Shown here piece after piece: positions 56,531-64,000 of a stretch of 64,000 nucleotides of DNA. The DNA is from Picochlorum sp. SENEW3 (lineage: Eukaryota): contig CP120459.1 in assembly GCA_034226945.1 (NCBI GenBank), forward strand, positions 124,001-188,000. Direction: 5' to 3'. How positions within the stretch are numbered: the stretch's first letter is position 1; each line of letters starts with the position of its first letter. The notes beneath the pieces are model-generated. The model did no database searches. It was not told where the DNA came from and was given only the letters and a program-made list of their open reading frames with translations. Made by a program: the position numbers and the translations under genes.

Positions 56531-57532
56531 AGAACCGCATCGGTTATGATTTGGAATAGACAAATGTGTGGTCCTCGATTGATTGTGATTGGTACACAAA
56601 AGGGTGGGACGACATCTCTGTACAAGTACATCAAAAATGTGACTTGGATATCAGTTGGCAAGACAAAAGAGCTTCACTTTTTTGACAAGGTGTACAAGTC
56701 AAGGAGGAAATGGGATACAGTGAATGATTTGAAGGCATTGCAGCAGAAATACTTGAAGGATTTCGGGCTTGATGTGGTCCATGGAGGGTTATCACCATTG
56801 AGAGAGAGTCGAGATGACACATGTACTGATTATAGGACTGGACTGACATTTTGCTGTGACGACCCAAATACGGTGTACTCGGATGTGACGCCGAGGTATA
56901 TGATTATTCCGCAGGCTCCTCGATTGATACGGCGGATAACAAATAATCCATGGATTGTGGCATTGTTGCGTGAGCCGGCAGCACGGGCTGTGTCTCATTT
57001 TAGGATGGAGTTTGGATCAGATGATGGGAAGAACCTGGACGATTTTGCGTCCGAATTTCATCAGAATGTGCATCGTGGTATCAAAGTGACGAAGAAATGC
57101 TTATCGGAGCAGAAAATATCGGGGATAGATTGTCAAAGGCGGCTGAGCCTGGACCATGATGTAGATATGGTGTCAAGAGGTTTGTATGCACATCATCTTA
57201 GGCCTTGGTTTTCGACATTTGGGAGAGAAAAGTTAGTTTTATGGGTTTCGGAGCGTTTTTCGGATGATCCAGAGGGTCACTTGATCAGTCTTCAGAATCA
57301 AATAGTTGGGGCAAATGTATCAGTATCTCGGGAAATTTTTCAGCAAGACTACAATGTGAAATACAACGTGGATGTTCAGACGGTAGAGCCTTGGGAATCG
57401 ACAGTGAAGATTCTCAGGGAATTTTATGAGCCATATAATCGAGAGCTTGTGTATATGCTCATGGAATGGGGCTATTATGATGTGGCTCGTGACATTCGGC
57501 AGCTGTGGGACATATCTCTCAAGTCAGCATAG
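56399..57532 (+). CDS. Type II membrane (Golgi-type) sulfotransferase, heparan-sulfate 3-O-sulfotransferase-like
   Basis: N-terminal TM anchor; 5'-PSB IVIGTQKGGTTSL; KELHFFD; TPRY; 3'-PB LLREPAARAVSHF; LREFYEPYNREL. Confidence 0.9.
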   Translation: MMHKECKDRDAPPVGLGQFWFCATALFVVVFVALAASILAHQNPRTASVMIWNRQMCGPRLIVIGTQKGGTTSLYKYIKNVTWISVGKTKELHFFDKVYKSRRKWDTVNDLKALQQKYLKDFGLDVVHGGLSPLRESRDDTCTDYRTGLTFCCDDPNTVYSDVTPRYMIIPQAPRLIRRITNNPWIVALLREPAARAVSHFRMEFGSDDGKNLDDFASEFHQNVHRGIKVTKKCLSEQKISGIDCQRRLSLDHDVDMVSRGLYAHHLRPWFSTFGREKLVLWVSERFSDDPEGHLISLQNQIVGANVSVSREIFQQDYNVKYNVDVQTVEPWESTVKILREFYEPYNRELVYMLMEWGYYDVARDIRQLWDISLKSA

Positions 57533-57679
57533 TCCTCCAGCCATTGTTTTATCAGATTCTGAATTATTTTTACACATTTTCTTGATATAAACATATATAT
57601 ATATATGATGAGCAGAAAGTATAGACATCATAACAATGTTCCGATACATTTGTAAACAGAAGAAAAAAAGACTGTAAAT

Positions 57680-58795
57680 TTATGCTGCCATGGGTGCCGG
57701 AGCTGGCTTTGGACCCCTGGACTTTTTCACTCCTGCCGCAATGAGCGTTCTGCCCGAAACTGGGAGAACAGATGGATCCTGGGATGGATAGTTGACCTGA
57801 GTATCGGCAACAGTCCACGTTGCACCTGCATCAGATGACACCACAGGCCATGGCCCTGGTCCACTTCCATAGAAGACGAGTTGGTTTCCACTGGAAAGCA
57901 ATGTTCCAACCCACGAGTTTCTTCTATCCTCCTGTGGGAGGGTGATGTTTGTGTATGCTGGTCCGAAGGATGCTGGGCCGGTTCCTGTGGCAAGATAGGC
58001 CATGTTGGAGCCCCTCTTTCCTCCCTTCTTTCCTCCCTTTTTTCTATCCAAGAGCTTGCGAGCAACAATTGGCAAGGCCTCTGCCTGGTCATCATCATCA
58101 TCATCATCATCATCCCTCATCACACCGTGCTGAGGAACAATCATATAACCGGTTGTTCCTGAGAATGCGACAGCATTCTTTCCCATGATGGCCCCAGGCA
58201 CTGAGAATGCCTCACCAGCATAGGTGAATACGCCACCGCCATTGTGAATAGCTACATGGATAGCACTTGGCGTTTCCCGCAAGTTTTTGTCGCTAGCACC
58301 TGTAAAGTACATCAAAGTTCCTGCACCAGATGATGTGAGTGTTGGACTGGTCACAAAAGAAACACCTGCTGGAAGCCCCTGGATAACAACTGGTTCAGAA
58401 GTGCTCCAGGATTCTCCAGTCTCTGAGAAACTGACAAACAACTGTGGTCCACTTGTCTCATTCTTTGGTCCCGTACGGTTCTGGAATACAATCATAATTT
58501 GACCATTTGCAGCAAGACCGAGAGAACCATCCCTGGCTTTTGGCAAAGTGGACAAGAGTGCTGGGGTAGTATCAGCACCAGTATCAGCAAAGATGCCCAA
58601 CCCTGGTGGACCTCTTGAAGGCCTGTTTCCTGCACCAGCAGGTCGTTTCCCTTGCCCTCCCTCTGGCCTGTCACCTTTGTCGTCTTTGGGTCCTTTACCT
58701 TTCCCTCTGCCCTTCTTGGCCAAGGTCACATCCACAGCAAATGCAGACAGCAAGACCATGAGGAGGCATGCTTTCATGCCGACAGACTTCTTCAT
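57680..58795 (-). CDS. Secreted protein with Lys/Gly-rich leader and Asp-box/BNR-like beta-propeller
   Basis: Signal peptide; SETGESWS and SSDAGATW Asp-box-like motifs; SPT and DPS blade starts; internal poly-Asp plus RKLL insert. Confidence 0.72.
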   Translation of the reverse strand: MKKSVGMKACLLMVLLSAFAVDVTLAKKGRGKGKGPKDDKGDRPEGGQGKRPAGAGNRPSRGPPGLGIFADTGADTTPALLSTLPKARDGSLGLAANGQIMIVFQNRTGPKNETSGPQLFVSFSETGESWSTSEPVVIQGLPAGVSFVTSPTLTSSGAGTLMYFTGASDKNLRETPSAIHVAIHNGGGVFTYAGEAFSVPGAIMGKNAVAFSGTTGYMIVPQHGVMRDDDDDDDDDQAEALPIVARKLLDRKKGGKKGGKRGSNMAYLATGTGPASFGPAYTNITLPQEDRRNSWVGTLLSSGNQLVFYGSGPGPWPVVSSDAGATWTVADTQVNYPSQDPSVLPVSGRTLIAAGVKKSRGPKPAPAPMAA

Positions 58796-59699
58796 GACGT
58801 TGAAAAAAAACAGACACGTATATATTAAAAAAAAAGATACAAAAAAGTAATGGCCTTGTTGACGAGTGCAACTGAATATCTACCGCGTTGACGACATGAA
58901 AGAAAAGGAAGCCATTAGAGCAGGTAACTCAGAAGCTAGGCGTGTGAATGGCGTTTGACAGCCATGCTACCTCCAACAAAGCGTTCCTATAGCGTATCAA
59001 ATACGTCTAGAAGTATCATGAGGGAGCTTTGGAGCTCTGCTATGGAGTATGCGCCCAGGATTCGAATTCGGAGAGTCTTCAGGCGCACCCTCTTTTAGTG
59101 GGGTGGTGGTCAGAACCAGGTGGTCAATTGACCCATCCGCTTGCATGCAACCATAGAGAACAGAACCTACCTGCTCGTAGCATCCTGCTTCGGTGAAGAA
59201 TATGTATCCCGCACACGTGAGTGATGGGTTCTCCACTCCTCACTGATCTGTACCTATCGCAAAATTCATAGCAAGCAAGAGAGTGGTCTCATTCTCATCG
59301 AGCGCCCTTCTGACCTGGATGTGGTTGCATGCATGCCAAGGTTTTGAATGCGAGGCATTGAAAACGCAAATGCGTCCGATGTAATCGAATAAATATAATT
59401 ATATGCATTTATATTGTTATATTTGCATTCGACTCGGTTGAATTCAGCAGGAACTCGGTTGTAGAGGAGTTTGGTCGACAGGACAATTAAGAGACGTCTG
59501 CCAAACGCGACTGGGAGTTTATTTGATTTAATTTGTGATTTTTAGATATACATAGATTTCAGGTAACTGCTTGTACAGAGCTTTGGGGGATATTTGGAGC
59601 CGTCTTGACGCCTTGGGAACAGGAGGCTGTTGTAGTGTGTCGTTTTTTCGGCATTGAAGGATAGAGAATCTTTCGATTGGACAGGGTGTAGCAATAAAA

Positions 59700-61013
59700 A
59701 TGCATATATATCCTTCCTGTGCTAGTAGCCATTTGCGATCGTCTGGCTGTGGCGGTGTGTTGCAGCCACAGCTGGCGGGCAGAGGCGTTTCTGGTACCAG
59801 TTCCTGTCGGAATGATCGTTCGATGGGGTGGACATCTGCTCCGAGGCTTGGGCACATGGGTCGTCGTCCTTCTACTTCTTCTTCTTGTTCGACTCGATCA
59901 ATTGTCACTGGCGCAGCGGCTGATGTTGTGGCGGCAAATGGATCCAAGCGAGTTGTAGAGCATGAGAATGCAAAGGCGAATGGTAGCGGTACTAGTCATG
60001 GGCAAGTGAACATGGGGAGGTCACAGTTGGATGGTCGACTACGTGAGCATCACCACAAAAAGCCACAAGCAGGTAGAGTAGGGGAAGGGGACTGTCCTGT
60101 CGAGTTGACGGATAAAGAGATTAACCGACGGAGGAAGATTAGTCAGGCAAATAAGGGCAAAGTTCCTTGGAATAAAGGCAAGAATATGACGGAGGAAATG
60201 AAGGCCAAGATTAGTCAGAGAACATATGAAGCTATGCAGCGACCAGAGGTAAAAGCTCGTATGAAAAAGGCAAATTGTCAGCGAGCGCCTCACTCTGAAG
60301 AGGTGAGGAAACGGATTAGGGAGGTTCTGAAACAGAGAGCGGATGCTGCCAAGGCTGTTATTTCAGAGCAGACTGATAGAATTCTCGCGGCGATGAGAGA
60401 CAGTGAACATGAGTATGAAAGGAAAATAAGTGACGATGATGATGCCAAGGATGTCATTGGAAGGTTGGCATGGCGTCTGTTGCACAGGGATTTTGAGCTC
60501 ATGTATGAGAAATGGGACAACAACACGGATGGTTTTCGCACAGCTGTTGTGCTGCGGTTCAAAGAATTGGAGGATAGAAAGGTGAAGAGAAGGAGGGCAA
60601 AAACTAAGAAGAAGAATGAGGATAGAGAACGTAATCAGACAATAAAAGCTGCTGAGAAGGCGCGGAGTAAGCTTGCTCAGGCTGAGGAAAAGCTAGAATC
60701 CGTAGAGCATGCAATAGAAAAGCTTCAAGCGTTGAAGATAACACTTCAAGATGACCCCGAGTCTCTCTCTCGTGTCTTAGAGAAGGAGAACCAGACCACA
60801 GAGCTTTTAGGGCGATTGAGAGAGCAGGTGAAACTCTTGCACCAAGCCATGGGGCCCTACGAGCAGCAATATGCTCAAGCAGCAACAGATGGTCCAGCTC
60901 TTGTTCAGCATGAATCCAATTCATCGGTTGTATATAGCAGTGAGCATAAGAGGACATCATCTGTCTCTCAAGCAACTCCTCCATTAACTCAGGTACCCTG
61001 GGGGCGACATTGA
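59700..61013 (+). CDS. NUMOD3/IENR2 DNA-binding-repeat protein with coiled coil, probably organellar
   Basis: EINRRRKISQANKGKVPWNKGKNMTEEMKAKISQRT.EAM..P.V...HSEEVRKRI; Ser/Arg-rich leader. Confidence 0.85.
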   Translation: MHIYPSCASSHLRSSGCGGVLQPQLAGRGVSGTSSCRNDRSMGWTSAPRLGHMGRRPSTSSSCSTRSIVTGAAADVVAANGSKRVVEHENAKANGSGTSHGQVNMGRSQLDGRLREHHHKKPQAGRVGEGDCPVELTDKEINRRRKISQANKGKVPWNKGKNMTEEMKAKISQRTYEAMQRPEVKARMKKANCQRAPHSEEVRKRIREVLKQRADAAKAVISEQTDRILAAMRDSEHEYERKISDDDDAKDVIGRLAWRLLHRDFELMYEKWDNNTDGFRTAVVLRFKELEDRKVKRRRAKTKKKNEDRERNQTIKAAEKARSKLAQAEEKLESVEHAIEKLQALKITLQDDPESLSRVLEKENQTTELLGRLREQVKLLHQAMGPYEQQYAQAATDGPALVQHESNSSVVYSSEHKRTSSVSQATPPLTQVPWGRH

Positions 61014-61039
61014 TTGATTCAAGTATCACGGTTTATGCA

Positions 61040-63997
61040 TTACATCATACTCTTTGTAATTTTCCCTACATCTATACAGTATATGTGGTTGTCTCTGCAT
61101 CCAAAGTATCCTAACCCCGAGTCTGACAGCAGTAAAGAATGAACAGAGTTCGGCATGTGAACACATGCTTCTACCTGTGGGAAAATGGATTTGTCATTTT
61201 CAACAAGTCTGATGATGCGGATCAAATTGTCGCTGCAACTTGCGAGCAATATATTTATATTTGGATTCAGACATGCGGTGTAGACTTCGATACCAGAAGT
61301 TGAGGGAAAGAGTGCCATCGAATCGTCAAACAATGTCCCAAGGTTGATTGTGATCACATCGCCACTCTGGCCAACCACAATGATGTGCTCCTCTCGCCCA
61401 GTCTTGTACAGTATTGGATCGATGAAAAACTTTGATATCTCTCCAAAAGACTTTTGAAAAATTGTAGACCCTGTTTCGAGGTCGAAACAGCAAAATGTGC
61501 CATGAAGAGACACGGTGACAACACAATGCCCATGCGTTGAAGAATTCACGTGCAGTGGTTTGGCAAACACGACATCCTCCACAGATTTGCTCCACACTGC
61601 CTGTGAGACACATGAATCCGAGTTATAATCGTTCCAAGCCACATCAAGGGCAATGATTTCCCCTTTCAGCGTTGCTGCAATGCAACGGTCAACCTCTTGA
61701 CAGTACTCCAGTGTACAAGCAACAGGGCCACCTACATTCATGAGCTTGTACATGCGATCCATCTTTCGAACATCTACAGCAGCTATATATCCATCATATG
61801 AACCAAACAAAACTTTTGTACCCACAACACATGGAGAAACTCGTGCTCCAATGTTGAGCCTATGCTGGATATACTCTTTCCCAGTTCTTGCACAAACAAA
61901 AGTTACACCAAATGCCGATCCTGGAATGACGAGCACGCCTTCCAACTCTGCCAATGTAGCAGATACTTTATCTCTAATCTTCAGGGTGAAAAACACATCC
62001 GAACCAGCGGATGACAATGCATCCAACCGGCCTTGGTGGGAGCAGCACAGGAGGCCACCATGATGAAGCAAATGGCAAGGTGCATCGACACACGATCCTA
62101 TATCTCGACTCCAAAGCATGCAATCCTCTATTTTCCATGAATCCTTCAGTAAACTATCGTGTGCCACTTTGGGTCTTTTTCGATCACGGCGGGCGAGGGC
62201 TCTGGCAGAATGGTGATGATAGAAAACCTCATCAACAGGCAGATGGAGCTGGTTTGCAATTGCAACGACTGAAGACGAGGTTGCTCCCAAATCAAATATA
62301 GAATCCGTCGGCTCAAAAGAGTTCATCGGAATGTCCAAACATTCTGCCAGAGCTTCCATCACACGCTGCTCGCTGGACTCGTTTCTACCGGCAGTGGAGT
62401 GATGTTTACACTGATTTACTTGCAGTTGCAATTTGTTCACATCAACCTTGCCAGATAAATTCATTGGAATGTCAACATTGCCATCCATAATGATAACAGC
62501 ACTTCCAGGACCTATAATATCCCGACACTTTCTCCTCACATCTGCAAATCCCACATCTTCCCTCCTCCAAAACACAAAGCATACAATCTGCGATGACTCT
62601 GCAACTGGCACAAACATAACATCCAGCACCCCATCAACCTGCGCCTTGATATTCTGTATCATTTCATCCACATCGATGAATTCGCCCTTTACTTTTTGCA
62701 AACCCCCAGACCGGCCTGTGATCACCAAGTTGCCTTGACTGTCAAAGAATCCTAAATCCCCTGGATACTCGGTCTTCATGCTTCCATGGAAATCGCCAGA
62801 AATACAAACACCCCGATCATTATCCACAGTTATTGTAAATCTAGGCAATGCTCTCCCGACAGGGACAGGTTTAGTCTTTTCACGCTCTGTATCAAAGTGT
62901 GTGCAGTCAAAATATGTGCAGTCACCCCCAGTTCCAGTGGTCCCATACAAATTACAAATCCTCCTTTCTTGAGAACGGAACACATCTTGCATCATCTTCA
63001 ACAAATCACTATATAAGACCTCCCCTGAAGAGATGGCCACTCGAACGCTCTTCACAAGCTCCTCAATACGATTGACAGAAGCCAGAAGCAGTCTCCACAG
63101 AGTAGGGGGCAGGATGACATGTGTACAGGAATGCTCTTGCCACAAAGACACGAGCTTATACGGGTCCAAATATACTTCAACACTCACACAAAGTATAGAA
63201 ACATGTTTTTCTGTCAACAAAGGGCCAAAGATCTGACACACATGATCAACAAAGCATGTTGGTGTATGAAATGACACAACATCCCCTTGCTCCCTCCATG
63301 GTATCTCGCATGCCTGCCATTCCAATCTATTCATCAATACAGAAATAGATCCATACACAGGCTTTTGGGAATCTCCACTAGTGGTACCACTCGTATATAA
63401 TATGTACAAGGTATCATCAGTGATGATGTCGCATGCCTTGTCCTTCTCTTCCATTTCTTTGGTCTTGTCATCACCATGCCGTTTCCCACAACGTCGAAAC
63501 TCAAATCCTGTCGAATCCATTGTACGGGAGGCTCTAGAAACACGCAGTACAGCGCAGCTGTCAACATCAAAGGATACACCCAAGCCACCAGGGACATCTC
63601 GATCCCCCACCACCACAACACTAGGTTGAAGCTCTGCCACCATCAATGCCAATCGACTCTTAGAATGTCGAGCATGAAGAGGTACAAAAGCGCAATCCAC
63701 CGCCAAGCAGGCCACCGCACTCGCCACGTACAAAACACTATTGTCCAGGTAAATCCCAACAAGAGGCCTTGTTATTGTCACCTGCTGCAGCTCAGAAATG
63801 CACTGTTCCACTAGGCTGAAAAACTCCTCCGTCGTCCAGAAAATCTTTTCATCATCTTTCTCCCCATGATCAAAGCATCCCTCAATGCATAGAGCACGCC
63901 CTTGTCCATTACATGTCCGTGTCTCTCCTCTCCTGCCTTGTCCGTAGAGCCGAATAGCCTGGTACAACTCGACCCGAGACGACGGTACTACTCTCAT
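61040..63997 (-). CDS. AASDH/ACSF4-like NRPS-type protein: adenylation domain, carrier domain and PQQ-like beta-propeller
   Basis: YILYTSGTT, FVDHVCQIFGPLL, SSGE, NLYG, GDLG, P.NLSGKVD; carrier motif DSIFDLGATS; CVDAP...GCRDN.IYCI propeller. The 5' end lies at the window edge. Confidence 0.88.
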   Translation of the reverse strand: MRVVPSSRVELYQAIRLYGQGRRGETRTCNGQGRALCIEGCFDHGEKDDEKIFWTTEEFFSLVEQCISELQQVTITRPLVGIYLDNSVLYVASAVACLAVDCAFVPLHARHSKSRLALMVAELQPSVVVVGDRDVPGGLGVSFDVDSCAVLRVSRASRTMDSTGFEFRRCGKRHGDDKTKEMEEKDKACDIITDDTLYILYTSGTTSGDSQKPVYGSISVLMNRLEWQACEIPWREQGDVVSFHTPTCFVDHVCQIFGPLLTEKHVSILCVSVEVYLDPYKLVSLWQEHSCTHVILPPTLWRLLLASVNRIEELVKSVRVAISSGEVLYSDLLKMMQDVFRSQERRICNLYGTTGTGGDCTYFDCTHFDTEREKTKPVPVGRALPRFTITVDNDRGVCISGDFHGSMKTEYPGDLGFFDSQGNLVITGRSGGLQKVKGEFIDVDEMIQNIKAQVDGVLDVMFVPVAESSQIVCFVFWRREDVGFADVRRKCRDIIGPGSAVIIMDGNVDIPMNLSGKVDVNKLQLQVNQCKHHSTAGRNESSEQRVMEALAECLDIPMNSFEPTDSIFDLGATSSSVVAIANQLHLPVDEVFYHHHSARALARRDRKRPKVAHDSLLKDSWKIEDCMLWSRDIGSCVDAPCHLLHHGGLLCCSHQGRLDALSSAGSDVFFTLKIRDKVSATLAELEGVLVIPGSAFGVTFVCARTGKEYIQHRLNIGARVSPCVVGTKVLFGSYDGYIAAVDVRKMDRMYKLMNVGGPVACTLEYCQEVDRCIAATLKGEIIALDVAWNDYNSDSCVSQAVWSKSVEDVVFAKPLHVNSSTHGHCVVTVSLHGTFCCFDLETGSTIFQKSFGEISKFFIDPILYKTGREEHIIVVGQSGDVITINLGTLFDDSMALFPSTSGIEVYTACLNPNINILLASCSDNLIRIIRLVENDKSIFPQVEACVHMPNSVHSLLLSDSGLGYFGCRDNHIYCIDVGKITKSMM

Positions 63998-64000
63998 AGT

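Noticed and set aside
59045..59095. tRNA-like TTCGAAT word within a hairpin on the minus strand
   Set aside because: No cloverleaf, D-arm or anticodon arm could be built.
1197..63814. Numerous antisense and alternate-frame ORFs within the called genes
   Set aside because: Shadow ORFs of real CDS with no independent motifs.
56399..63997. Secondary-metabolite cluster around the NRPS-like gene and sulfotransferase
   Set aside because: The A-T-PQQ protein is the conserved AASDH/ACSF4 type, the sulfotransferase is Golgi-type, and there are no condensation or PKS domains.

Overview
Eukaryotic nuclear DNA from a very compact, gene-dense genome. Short GT-AG introns (mostly 60-90 nt), tiny intergenic gaps and chloroplast-targeted genes (LTO1, PTOX, CSK, FKBP20-2) point to a small-genome green alga, probably a Picochlorum-like trebouxiophyte (inference). 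About 27 protein genes can be supported, including ARP7, a bromodomain protein, ISU1, NUP188, ABCF, MnmG/GidA, a ~4,250-aa VPS13, MnSOD, a RavA-like AAA+ ATPase and an AASDH-like NRPS module. No rRNA, tRNA or CRISPR array was recognised. The most unusual structures are: (1) two independent ~1.3-1.4 kb inserts, each carrying one orphan secreted-protein gene and each flanked by a direct duplication of neighbouring host-gene sequence, one old and decayed and one apparently identical; (2) a RavA-like gene with two homologous alternative last exons; (3) a 3-kb gene-free interval with a ~10.4-bp periodic repeat beside a CpG-rich island; (4) apparent pseudo-enzyme versions of LarB, CSK and AASDH. All family assignments come from motif recognition by eye, not database searches.
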